Shown: positions 1 to 9,110 of the stretch, piece after piece
How the letters are laid out: the number at the start of each line of letters is the position of its first letter
Numbering within the stretch: position 1 is the first letter of the stretch
From: Promethearchaeota archaeon
GTDB lineage: Archaea; Asgardarchaeota; Hermodarchaeia; Hermodarchaeales; Hermodarchaeaceae
DNA length: 11,924 nt
Reading direction: 5' to 3'
Assembly (NCBI GenBank): GCA_048939245.1
Contig: JBHLPR010000068.1
Span: 1 to 11,924 of the forward strand
The notes under the pieces: generated by a model
What the model saw: the letters and a program-made list of their open reading frames with translations, nothing else
The model's database searches: none
Told to the model about the DNA's origin: nothing
Position numbers and translations under genes: made by a program

Positions 1-756
<756 letters not shown>

Positions 757-758
757 CT

Positions 759-1277
759 ATGCCTCGGTCAAAAAGCAAAGCATCTAAAACAAAAACCAAT
801 GATCGCCCAACTGAGCTTCGGGTTCAAAAAATCCAGGCCGGAACGGTGATAGATCATATCACCGCTGGATATGCGCTTGCCGTATTACAAATCCTTGGTA
901 TAACCGGGCGTGAAGGAGACATCATAAGCATCGCAATGAATGTCCATAGTAAACGCATGGGCAAAAAAGATATTATCAAAGTTGAGGGTCGTGAACTCAC
1001 AGCTGAAGAGATTAATCGTATCGCCTTAATTGCTCCTCAAGCTACCATCAATATCATCCGCAACTACAAGATCTTTTCTAAGATGCGAATCAAAGTGCCA
1101 GATGAAATCATCGGAATCGTTCAATGTGTCAACCCAAGTTGCATAACCAACAATGAACGCGGGATTACGAGCCACTTCACGGTAGTAGACCGTTCACCTG
1201 TGACTCTTCGGTGCTCATACTGCAAACGAATCACTAGTCAAGACTTTATTATTGAACAACTTCAAGTTCAAAATTAA
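759..1277 (+). CDS. pyrI: Aspartate carbamoyltransferase regulatory subunit
   Basis: GTVIDHI, NVHSKRMGKKDIIKVEG, IALIAPQATINII and the Zn site CVNPSCITN...RCSYC. Starts 2 bp after the pyrB stop. Confidence 0.97.
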   Translation: MPRSKSKASKTKTNDRPTELRVQKIQAGTVIDHITAGYALAVLQILGITGREGDIISIAMNVHSKRMGKKDIIKVEGRELTAEEINRIALIAPQATINIIRNYKIFSKMRIKVPDEIIGIVQCVNPSCITNNERGITSHFTVVDRSPVTLRCSYCKRITSQDFIIEQLQVQN

Positions 1278-1310
1278 ATCTGCCCAATCAACTGCAGGAG
1301 ATCTATCGCA

Positions 1311-2699
1311 ATGACAAAACTGGTGGGACAAACTTTCATCAAAGTACTAGAAAAAAGAACGGCTTCTCATCAAACCCGAGTTATACACGCATTGGATATT
1401 GCAAATGCGTTCTCACCTGGAGTTTCCGAATCTGATCGTGTTGCTCTAATTGAACGTGCGTGTCATCTTGCAGCTGCTGTTGCACCATACGTTGTAGCAA
1501 TTAAACTGAATTATCCTCTGGTTCTTGCAGTGGGATTAGAAATTGTCCATCACCTGAAATTGGTGGTTCCAGATGTTCCGCTCATTGCAGATTTTAAGGT
1601 CGCAGATATTGACAATACCAACGCATGGATTAGTCGACATGCATTTGCGGCAGGATTTGATGCCATTATCACACATGGGTTTATCGGTGATGATGCTATC
1701 AAGGCAGTCATAGCTGAAGCTAAGAAAGCTGGTGACCGTGGAGTCATTCTTGTTGTAGATATGAGTCATCCCGGCGCTACTCAATTTATTCATCCACAAA
1801 CTCCACAATTAATCCACCTAGCAAAACAGATGAAAGTAACAGGAGTCATTGCCCCTGGCACCCGACCTGCTCATGTACGTGAAATCCGAAATCTCATCGG
1901 TTCTGAAATATTAATTCTAGCCCCTGGAGTCGGAGCCCAGGGTGGACAACCTGGGTCTGCTATTGCTGCTGGGGCAAACTATGAGATTGTGGGCCGTTCC
2001 ATTTATACCGCAGAGAATCCTGCAATAAAAGCAGGAGAATTCGCTAAACACACATATGCTGCACCTTTTGACCCAAGCATCTCACCTCAAGAGGCAATCG
2101 TTAAAGAAGTAGCTATTCTTCTCGCTGATGTGGGTGCAATTCAATTTGGCGACTTTATTCTGGTTTCTGGAAAACCGAGTCCCTATTATATTGACTTACG
2201 AGTGATTCCTTCTTATCCTAGCGCATTCACAAGATTGACTACTCTCTTTACACAATGGTTGAAAGCCCATCCCAAAGTTACCTTCAATCGTATCGCTGGA
2301 GTACCCACGGCCGGCATCTCCTTCGCTACTGCCATATGTAATCGCTTAAACGTCCCTCTTCTATACATCCGAAGTAAATCAAAACAATATGGTCGCCAAA
2401 AACGAGTCGAAGGAGTGCTCGAATCAGGGGACCATGTATTAGTGATTGATGATCTAATCACCGACGGAGGGAGTAAAATCGAAGCAGTAGAAGCACTCCG
2501 AAAGGCAGGTGCTAAGGTGAGTGATGTATTGGTCGTAGTGGACCGTCAGCAGGGTGGCGCACAGCAGCTAAAGAAAAGAAAATTAACCCTTCATGCTCTG
2601 GCTCCCATTTCTCAGATTATTCGAGCATTAGAGGTTGAGAAGCGCTTATCCAGTTCTGACGCTAAACAGATACTCACCTACATTACGAATCAGGAATAG
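1311..2699 (+). CDS. pyrFE: Bifunctional OMP decarboxylase - orotate phosphoribosyltransferase (PyrF-PyrE fusion)
   Basis: N-terminal ~250 aa: ALD, IKLNYPL, DFKVADIDNT (DxKxxDIxxT), MSHPG, PGVGAQGG, IVGRSIY. C-terminal ~200 aa: FGDFILVSGKPSPYYIDLR, RSKSKQYG, VIDDLITDGGSK (PRPP loop), VVVDRQQGG. No internal stop. Confidence 0.95.
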   Translation: MTKLVGQTFIKVLEKRTASHQTRVIHALDIANAFSPGVSESDRVALIERACHLAAAVAPYVVAIKLNYPLVLAVGLEIVHHLKLVVPDVPLIADFKVADIDNTNAWISRHAFAAGFDAIITHGFIGDDAIKAVIAEAKKAGDRGVILVVDMSHPGATQFIHPQTPQLIHLAKQMKVTGVIAPGTRPAHVREIRNLIGSEILILAPGVGAQGGQPGSAIAAGANYEIVGRSIYTAENPAIKAGEFAKHTYAAPFDPSISPQEAIVKEVAILLADVGAIQFGDFILVSGKPSPYYIDLRVIPSYPSAFTRLTTLFTQWLKAHPKVTFNRIAGVPTAGISFATAICNRLNVPLLYIRSKSKQYGRQKRVEGVLESGDHVLVIDDLITDGGSKIEAVEALRKAGAKVSDVLVVVDRQQGGAQQLKKRKLTLHALAPISQIIRALEVEKRLSSSDAKQILTYITNQE

Positions 2700-2704
2700 G
2701 GCTC

Positions 2705-3406
2705 TCAGGTTTTTACAATCAACTTTTTGCTCGTTAATCGTTGGCCAACCAAAGTTATCACTACGACTCCAAAGTAGCCTAATAGAAAGGCAAGTGGATA
2801 ATGGACAAGCTCAAATGGGGCTAAGCCAACGGCTGGGGCAAAGAGTTCAATAAAAATCCTAAACAAGTTTCCCAGTACGATAATACAAATGGCAATAAGC
2901 ACTACACCCACATGATCGGGTTTAGGTTCATGGTTTTTATCTGCAAGCACAAGGAGGGTTAGACAAGGAATCAAGGCGATTAGCCCAGCACATGCGTTGT
3001 CAATTTCTCCCCCGATAATCCGGAAAGTTACGGCTTCGTTTACAAAAATCAGTACTTGGGCTCCTCCGAAATGAGGGACAAAGTACAAAATGGGATTAAC
3101 GCCGATGAATTGGAGAAGTGACGCAACGGTTTGCGAATAGAGCCATTGAATTGGCCAAAAATCAATTAAAATTACAAGAAGCGATGAAAAGATGATGGCT
3201 GAAATGAGTTTCACATCATTGTTAGTTTTGAAGGCTTTCGAGGACTGGAAGAGAATCGTTATTCCAAGTACTATTAAAAAGAGTGCAACCGGAATTAGAA
3301 TACTTTGTGGAAATGAATAAATGACTCCTCCTGCTACAATAAGGGTGGTTCCTACAAGAAATAGAAGCCATGGCGAATAGTCAATAAGGAGATTGGAATG
3401 TTTCAT
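2705..3406 (-). CDS. Archaeosortase/exosortase family multi-pass membrane protease (transpeptidase-like)
   Basis: Several hydrophobic helices plus the family's Cys-Arg-His order: EIDNACAGL, GNLFRIF, ELVHYPL. Confidence 0.8.
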   Translation of the reverse strand: MKHSNLLIDYSPWLLFLVGTTLIVAGGVIYSFPQSILIPVALFLIVLGITILFQSSKAFKTNNDVKLISAIIFSSLLVILIDFWPIQWLYSQTVASLLQFIGVNPILYFVPHFGGAQVLIFVNEAVTFRIIGGEIDNACAGLIALIPCLTLLVLADKNHEPKPDHVGVVLIAICIIVLGNLFRIFIELFAPAVGLAPFELVHYPLAFLLGYFGVVVITLVGQRLTSKKLIVKT

Positions 3407-3433
3407 TTCACTTTCCCCTTTTGTGTTACAAGT

Positions 3434-4324
3434 CTAGGGTATGCATTCTTCATCTTTGGTGCTGAGGGGCAGATGTTTACCCGTGCTATCGCGTATTAAT
3501 ATTCCAAAGTCTGAATTTTTTAGAGTCTTCGCCTCAAATACAGGGCCTTCTACGCACACACGCGATCCACGGTTGTCGATTATGCAATGACCACATAGAC
3601 CCACGCCACATTTCATGTATCGCTCCAAACTTACCTGTAATGGAATTGGATAATTAGCCAATAACTCAGTAAGGCTTGTTAGCATTGCCTCAGGACCACA
3701 GGCAAAGCAGGCTGCATACCGAGAATCGACATCGAGAAGAAATGTTGCCGCATCAACGGCTGTTCCCTGAATTCCATCGGATCCATCATCTGTGGCAATT
3801 ATGACTTTCTGTGCATTCTTTTCAAATCTTTCTCGGAAAAGAAGTTCAGAACGTGAGGTGGCTCCTAAGGCAACATGAACCTCATGACCTTTCTTCACAA
3901 CTACTTCAGTAGCATATGATACAGGGGGCGACCCACAGCCACCAGCAACAAAGAGCAAAGGACCTCTATCAATTGACCGTGGGATAGTAAATCCATGGCC
4001 CAATGGTCCCCGTAGGCCTAAGAGATCTCCTTCTTTCATTCCATGAAGCGCAGCTGTTGCCTTTCCAACGTTTGCTGCAGCAAATTCGATAAGTCCTGGA
4101 GATTTTTGCGTTGAAGAGATGCTCATGGGGATTTCATCAACCCCTGGAATCCAAACCATTAGAAATTGGCCAGGTACGGCGTTACGTGCAATCTCGGGTG
4201 CAGATAGGATAAACGTCTTTGTTCGAGGAGTTTCCTCCCGGATCTGCTGAATCGGTCCCACAATGGGTCTGAGTCCGTGGACAAGTTTTGAAGGGCTTTT
4301 CTTTGGTTTTTTGAATGTGCTCAT
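3434..4324 (-). CDS. pyrK: Dihydroorotate dehydrogenase electron transfer subunit
   Basis: PGQFLMVWIPGVDEIPMSIS, RGPLGHGF, VAGGCGSPP, TDDGSDG, CGPEAML and the [2Fe-2S] motif ERYMKCGVGLCGHC...VCVEGPVF. ATGA overlap with the pyrC stop at 4321-4324. Confidence 0.95.
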   Translation of the reverse strand: MSTFKKPKKSPSKLVHGLRPIVGPIQQIREETPRTKTFILSAPEIARNAVPGQFLMVWIPGVDEIPMSISSTQKSPGLIEFAAANVGKATAALHGMKEGDLLGLRGPLGHGFTIPRSIDRGPLLFVAGGCGSPPVSYATEVVVKKGHEVHVALGATSRSELLFRERFEKNAQKVIIATDDGSDGIQGTAVDAATFLLDVDSRYAACFACGPEAMLTSLTELLANYPIPLQVSLERYMKCGVGLCGHCIIDNRGSRVCVEGPVFEAKTLKNSDFGILIRDSTGKHLPLSTKDEECIP

Positions 4325-5640
4325 TGAATCTCTCCATTAAAGATGGTTTGTCCTCCTAAAACGGTTTGACGCACTCTGCCTCTAACCTTCCATCCCTCAA
4401 ATGGCGTTAAGGTGGCTTTTCCATGCAGGGCATCTCCCCGGATGCTATACTTGGCTTTGGCATCAAAGATAACGAAGTCCGCATCAGCACCCACTTCCAG
4501 TTGGCCTTTTTCAATCCACTGAGAATTACGGATTCCAAACCACGAGGCAGGATTCAGTGCCATCATACACATTAGTTGGTTGAGGGTCATTTCTGCCTCA
4601 TGGACTAATCGGGTATACATTAGAGCAAGCATTGTTTCAACTCCAATGATGCCAGCAGGCGCAGAGGCGAAATCAGCGTCAGCACTCGTTTTTTCTTCTG
4701 CAGTGTGTGGTGCATGATCAGATGCAATGATTTTAATTTGCCCCGCCAAGCATGCGTTAAGTAGGGCTTCTGTATCAGTCGTTGAACGTAGGGGAGGAAA
4801 AGATTTCGCAACAGGGCCAATTTTCGCTAAATCCTTTACTGTGAGGAGAAGATGATGCGGAGTTACTTCGGTGGTTACAGGCGTTCCTTTATGCCATGCT
4901 GCAAGGATGGCTCGAAATCCAGCTGCTGTCGATAGATGACAGATATGAAACCCACACTGGGGAGCATTATTGAGAAGGTGGTTAATCGCTTGCACTTCGG
5001 CTTCTGGTGGTCGACTGGCAAGAAATGCGAAGGAAGAGCCATCCGTTGGTGTACTGAGTAGCTTTGGGTCTTCAGCATGCACCGTGAGAAGATGGCCAAG
5101 GGGACTTAGAATAGGAATTGCTGACGCTTCATGGTGTGGCATATAGATCTTAAACGAAACAATGCCGGCCTCGATAAGCTGGTTAGCCATATCGAGGATC
5201 GTGCTCTCATCACAGTCTATGAGTGGTCCTTTAGGGTTTTCACCCCGATAGGGACCTCCGTGAAAAGCAAAATCCACAAGGCAATTTTGTGTTGCACGTG
5301 CTATCTTCTCTTGCAGTCGTTGAGGTGTTGTAGTTGGTGGATTGGTATTTGGCATGTCCACGATTGTGGTCACTCCACCTGCGGCGGCTGCCAGCGAACC
5401 GGAAGCAAAGTCTTCTTTTGATGGATATCCGGGGTCACGAAAATGCACGTGTACATCCACTAGCCCAGGGAGCACTAAGAATCCCGAGGCATCAATCACT
5501 TCACTAGCGGTTTCTAATTTTGATAATGCTGGGTTCAGAATTGTAGAAATTCTTCCATCATCGATTAATAAGTCCGCCTTTTCAACCCTGTCCGGTAATA
5601 CCAAGTGTCCATTAATCACTTTGAGGTCATGAACAGCCAT
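4321..5640 (-). CDS. pyrC: Dihydroorotase (amidohydrolase superfamily)
   Basis: PGLVDVHVHFRDPG, AAAGGVTT, DMPNTNP, FKIYM, VHAED, CHLS, EVTPHHL, ASDHAPH. Start moved to ATG 5640 (MAVHDL), which has GGAGTGA upstream and lies 2 bp after the pyrD stop. Sits between pyrD and pyrK. Confidence 0.9.
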   Translation of the reverse strand: MAVHDLKVINGHLVLPDRVEKADLLIDDGRISTILNPALSKLETASEVIDASGFLVLPGLVDVHVHFRDPGYPSKEDFASGSLAAAAGGVTTIVDMPNTNPPTTTPQRLQEKIARATQNCLVDFAFHGGPYRGENPKGPLIDCDESTILDMANQLIEAGIVSFKIYMPHHEASAIPILSPLGHLLTVHAEDPKLLSTPTDGSSFAFLASRPPEAEVQAINHLLNNAPQCGFHICHLSTAAGFRAILAAWHKGTPVTTEVTPHHLLLTVKDLAKIGPVAKSFPPLRSTTDTEALLNACLAGQIKIIASDHAPHTAEEKTSADADFASAPAGIIGVETMLALMYTRLVHEAEMTLNQLMCMMALNPASWFGIRNSQWIEKGQLEVGADADFVIFDAKAKYSIRGDALHGKATLTPFEGWKVRGRVRQTVLGGQTIFNGEIQ

Positions 5641-5642
5641 GG

Positions 5643-6608
5643 TTAGGGGATCACTCCTGATTCCTGCATGCGACCAATCAAGTCTGTTACATGATGTATC
5701 TCGTGGTGGGTCAGATACTCTGCAATTTCTTGACACACAGCAGTAAAGATGGCTGATCCTCGAGTTAATACACCAGTTCCTATTTCGACAGCGGTGGCTC
5801 CTGCAAGAAGGTATTCGATCACATCTTCTCCAGTCAGTATGCCTCCTACTCCAATTATTGGAATTCTAAGTTCAGCACGGTGAAGTTCCCAAACAGCTCG
5901 TATGCTAATTGGCTTGATTGCTGGACCTGATAAGCCGCCGATTTCTGCACCTAAAAAGGGTTTTCGTGTTTCTGTATCGATAGCAAGAGCAGGAAGTGTG
6001 TTCAGGGCCACAACTGCGGATGCTCCGGCAGATTCAGCTGATTGAGCGACTTTGATTAGTTGAGGATAATCCGTTGAACCAGGGAGTTTGACCCAGATAG
6101 GAACCTTCTTCTTCGTTTCTTGTACGACTTTTGTCACCACATCGGCTACACCATTTGGATTCATACCTAAAAGGTACAAGGAGCCCATGTGGGGACAGGA
6201 AACGTTTAACTCGATTGCAGCTACTCCCGCTTTTGCTAATTGGGATGCCACTGTAGCAAACTCTTCTGGCGTATTTCCTAATACGCTCCCGATGACGGAT
6301 ACACCTTGTTCAAGGGTCACTTCAATTTCGGGGAGGTAATCCTTAATCCCTGGATTAGGAATCCCCATGGCATTCATCAAACTATCACCGTATATTCCAA
6401 CTATACGAGGGCCCGGATGGCCGGAACGGGGGTCCAATCCTACCGTCTTTGTGACTACTGCTCCTGCGCCATTATTCCAAGCTCGTAGGAGACCACCAGC
6501 AGCGACCCCCCAAGCACCTGAAGCCAAAATTGTGGGGTTCCTGAGTTGGATTGAACCTATTTTCAATTCTAATCGCGAATCGATTTCCGTTTCAGTATCC
6601 GATGTCAC
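5643..6608 (-). CDS. pyrD: Dihydroorotate dehydrogenase catalytic subunit (family 1B)
   Basis: LRNPTILASG, GAVVTKT, NAMGIPNPG, ELNVSCPH (catalytic Cys), GGLSGPAIKP, PIIGVGGI, AGATAVEIGT. pyrK is in the same operon. GTG start is uncertain by a few codons. Confidence 0.95.
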   Translation of the reverse strand: MTSDTETEIDSRLELKIGSIQLRNPTILASGAWGVAAGGLLRAWNNGAGAVVTKTVGLDPRSGHPGPRIVGIYGDSLMNAMGIPNPGIKDYLPEIEVTLEQGVSVIGSVLGNTPEEFATVASQLAKAGVAAIELNVSCPHMGSLYLLGMNPNGVADVVTKVVQETKKKVPIWVKLPGSTDYPQLIKVAQSAESAGASAVVALNTLPALAIDTETRKPFLGAEIGGLSGPAIKPISIRAVWELHRAELRIPIIGVGGILTGEDVIEYLLAGATAVEIGTGVLTRGSAIFTAVCQEIAEYLTHHEIHHVTDLIGRMQESGVIP

Positions 6609-6680
6609 AGTCGTTTTTTCTCCGTTTCATTTCAGTTTCTTTATGCTTTGTAGATTCTTTGCTTATCTAAATTGCCATGG

Positions 6681-7196
6681 CTAATACCGAAATTGCAATC
6701 CAAGAAAATGCAAGGGTTTCCGTTGAATCCTTTCCTCTGGGACCTCAGTTCGTAATTCCATCGTATTAATGATATCATAACCACGACGAACAAAGAATCG
6801 CACAGCATCGATATTTCGCGGGATGACGGAAAGATAGAGATTGGTTTCACCGACTGATTGAATATGGTCTTCTGCCGCTCGGAGTAATGCAGTTCCAACC
6901 CCTCGTATTCGCCAATTCTCTGTGACTCCAATTTCCCGTAGAAAATAGGCGCCTTCGTGTAGTTCAATGCGGCAGAATCCGATAATTCGGTTCGTATGAG
7001 GATCTTCAGCCACAAGAATATATGAGGTTTCTTGAAGCATATCTCGTGGAATTATCATTGCAGCTTCTTCTTGTGGTAGGGGGCCTCGACCATTTAGTCG
7101 GTGATGGAAAGAAAAAAATTCAGCAACAAGTGTTGATAATCCTTCAAAATCCTTAACATTGTATGGACGAATTGTAATTCCATTCTCAGAGCTCAT
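6681..7196 (-). CDS. GNAT-family N-acetyltransferase
   Basis: Acetyl-CoA motif A IGVTENWRIRGVGTALL and motif B NIDAVRFFVRRGY. SD-like TGAGGGAT precedes the ATG. Confidence 0.88.
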   Translation of the reverse strand: MSSENGITIRPYNVKDFEGLSTLVAEFFSFHHRLNGRGPLPQEEAAMIIPRDMLQETSYILVAEDPHTNRIIGFCRIELHEGAYFLREIGVTENWRIRGVGTALLRAAEDHIQSVGETNLYLSVIPRNIDAVRFFVRRGYDIINTMELRTEVPEERIQRKPLHFLGLQFRY

Positions 7197-7252
7197 ATCA
7201 ATCCCTCAATTACTCTTTCCAAAAGGATTGAACTCCAGATAAACATTGTGAG

Positions 7253-7300
7253 AAAAAAAGGAATAGTGGGGCAGCACGCACTTAACAGCGTACCACCCCA
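7253..7300 (-). terminator. Hairpin plus U-tract, candidate terminator of the padR-HAAS transcript
   Basis: Minus strand TGGGGTGGTACGC-TGTTAAGT-GCGTGCTGCCCCA: a 13-bp stem with three G.U pairs that form only on the minus strand, then CTATTCC and T7. Begins 21 nt after the stop at 7322. Confidence 0.65.
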
Positions 7301-7321
7301 GGTGACGGACATATTGACGAT

Positions 7322-8485
7322 TTAAAACTCGTCGATTGAGACTTCGTAACCGTTGTGTAATGGTTGAATGTAGACGTTCACTTGTACCAGTTCGATAATC
7401 ATAGCGATTAGGGCTATGAAAATTAATATGGGTCCAAGCCACCAGATCCAAGGCATTATGAGGGATTTCCAGACAATCAGCGTCCAGAATGCTCCGTTCC
7501 AGATGGGAATCGGCCAGGACAATGGCCCATAGAAGAATAGGCTAAGTGTCCAAACCCCGACGAGTGCATAAAGGGTGTCAATAGATGCAAAGAGTCGTGC
7601 GGCAGCTAGAGAACTGTCACCAACAAGAATTCTAACAGTTGTGAGTCCTGCATGTGTCAAGCCGAAAAAGGCTAACCAGTAAAGTACACTAATATCAAAG
7701 GTTGGATAGGTTGGAGTGATCACTGGTAAAACAATGGCAAAGATGAGGGCAAAGGTGATGCCAAGGATGTGACCAAATAGTTTGCCTATAAGATGACCTC
7801 GTCCAGTAAGTTCGTTGTATTTTTTAACGCGTTTTTGAACCCGCTTTTTGGTGCGGTGAATGCGTCGTTCTTCTTTTCTATCATAATCCTGCATGATGCC
7901 ACGCAGAATCTCAGTAATCGGGGGACCAGATGGGTGGGATAAGAGTAACATCACCAGATAAGAGATGATGATTCCTGCAAAGACCCAAACCTGAGCGACG
8001 ACCCCTAATAAGATGTAGGGGAGGAGGAAAATGATGGGTACAACACTCATGTTGAGTAGGACTACAGAGACAAGATATGCAATTAGGGCCAGGTCCGCGA
8101 TAACAATTCCGATGATGATCCACCAGAAATATTGACGGTATTGTGGTGTTAGAGCATCAAGAAAGTTGTGGGCTTTTTCAATGTCGCTTTGTTCCTTCTC
8201 CCGTCGGAATTCCCGTGCTACGATGTCAGGGCTGCCCATTGAAACAACGGCATCCCATGCAGCTGCAGTAGTCAGATGTCCACTAGGTTGACTAGCTTGT
8301 TCTAGAAGGTGGGACCGGAGTTCAGGAATTACTTCGGCGGCGACATCTGAAGGAAGTCGGGCCTTCACTTGATCTAGGTAGTCTGCGATGATTTTTCGAG
8401 CAGAAGCCTCATCACCAGGTGAGGGTGCTTGTGGAGGTTTCCCATCGCCCGAATATTCGTCATTTGTTCTAGGATTGTTTGACAT
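7322..8485 (-). CDS. HAAS-like N-terminal helical domain multi-pass membrane protein (PadR partner)
   Basis: IADYLDQVKARLP...ELRSHLLEQ...AVVSMGSPDIVAREF matches the YL..L...EL..H...G.P..A pattern of HAAS/DUF1700-type domains, followed by about 6 TM segments with a basic cytoplasmic loop. Start moved to ATG 8485 (MSNNPR), 1 bp after the padR stop (TGA-A-ATG). Confidence 0.75.
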   Translation of the reverse strand: MSNNPRTNDEYSGDGKPPQAPSPGDEASARKIIADYLDQVKARLPSDVAAEVIPELRSHLLEQASQPSGHLTTAAAWDAVVSMGSPDIVAREFRREKEQSDIEKAHNFLDALTPQYRQYFWWIIIGIVIADLALIAYLVSVVLLNMSVVPIIFLLPYILLGVVAQVWVFAGIIISYLVMLLLSHPSGPPITEILRGIMQDYDRKEERRIHRTKKRVQKRVKKYNELTGRGHLIGKLFGHILGITFALIFAIVLPVITPTYPTFDISVLYWLAFFGLTHAGLTTVRILVGDSSLAAARLFASIDTLYALVGVWTLSLFFYGPLSWPIPIWNGAFWTLIVWKSLIMPWIWWLGPILIFIALIAMIIELVQVNVYIQPLHNGYEVSIDEF

Positions 8486-8486
8486 T

Positions 8487-8963
8487 TCAATCACTTTTTG
8501 AGATTTCCGCTCCGCAATTTGCACAGTAGATTGCTCCAGGGTACACTTGGTTTCCGCAGGAAGTGCAAAACTGCACTTGTTCTTGGTAATCGCCGTTTGC
8601 TTCACGCCCTACCGCGATCGTACGGAAGAGCGGGTCCAATGACGTCACTAAGTCATTCCAAAATTCTAGCATCGCAAGAAGCTGTTTGTCACCATTGGTA
8701 GTGAGTTGATAGTATTTGCGTGGTCGTTCACCGGAGACGTCCCAGGTGCTGCGGACCATTTTTTGTTCTTCGAGACGGCGGAGCAACGGATAGAGGGTGC
8801 CATCTTGAACGATGAGTCGATCAGCGGTGCGTTCGCGGATGCTTTGAGCAATAGCGTAGCCGAAGGTGGATTTTGTTTCCTTGATGACGGCGAGGACAAG
8901 GAGGCGCAAAAGACCCCGGCGTACGTCGCTTTCCCATGTTTCAGGTATTGTTTGTTTCGGCAT
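8487..8963 (-). CDS. PadR-family transcriptional regulator with C-terminal zinc ribbon
   Basis: RRGLLRLLVLAVI, FGYAIAQSI, GTLYPLLRRLEEQKMV, RPRKYYQLTTNG. C-terminal CTSC-x10-CANC. GGAG upstream of the ATG. Confidence 0.92.
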   Translation of the reverse strand: MPKQTIPETWESDVRRGLLRLLVLAVIKETKSTFGYAIAQSIRERTADRLIVQDGTLYPLLRRLEEQKMVRSTWDVSGERPRKYYQLTTNGDKQLLAMLEFWNDLVTSLDPLFRTIAVGREANGDYQEQVQFCTSCGNQVYPGAIYCANCGAEISKSD

Positions 8964-9058
8964 TTTGCTGTTCTCCGCCTGAGAGCGGTTGTCGTTGATG
9001 GCAAAGGTGCTTGTGTGTTAGACCATGCGCCTTGATAGGCACACAATCTCGTTAAGCA

Positions 9059-9083
9059 ATATACCTTGCCACGCTATGTATAT
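9059..9083. promoter_or_regulatory. Imperfect palindrome, candidate PadR autoregulatory operator
   Basis: ATATAC-CTTGCCACGCTAT-GTATAT, with 9 of 11 symmetric positions complementary. Overlaps the start site predicted from the adjacent TATA box. Confidence 0.5.
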
Positions 9084-9096
9084 CGATTGGCATACC

Positions 9097-9110
9097 TATT
9101 TAAACTTAAC
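9097..9110 (-). promoter_or_regulatory. Archaeal BRE-TATA promoter candidate for padR
   Basis: Minus strand GTTAAG-TTTAAATA (9110 to 9097): BRE-like hexamer followed by a consensus TTTAWATA. Confidence 0.55.

Noticed and set aside
5641-5736. Longer pyrC start at 5736
   Set aside because: It would overlap pyrD by 94 bp. ATG 5640 has an SD and matches the expected family N-terminus.
7274-7286. Similarity of GCACGCACTTAA to GCACCACTTAA in P3 of repeat copy 1 (9208-9218)
   Set aside because: Short match that needs a gap and is not conserved in copy 2, so likely chance.
8486-8605. Longer start of the HAAS membrane protein at 8605
   Set aside because: It overlaps the padR zinc-ribbon coding region. 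ATG 8485 is coupled to the padR stop.
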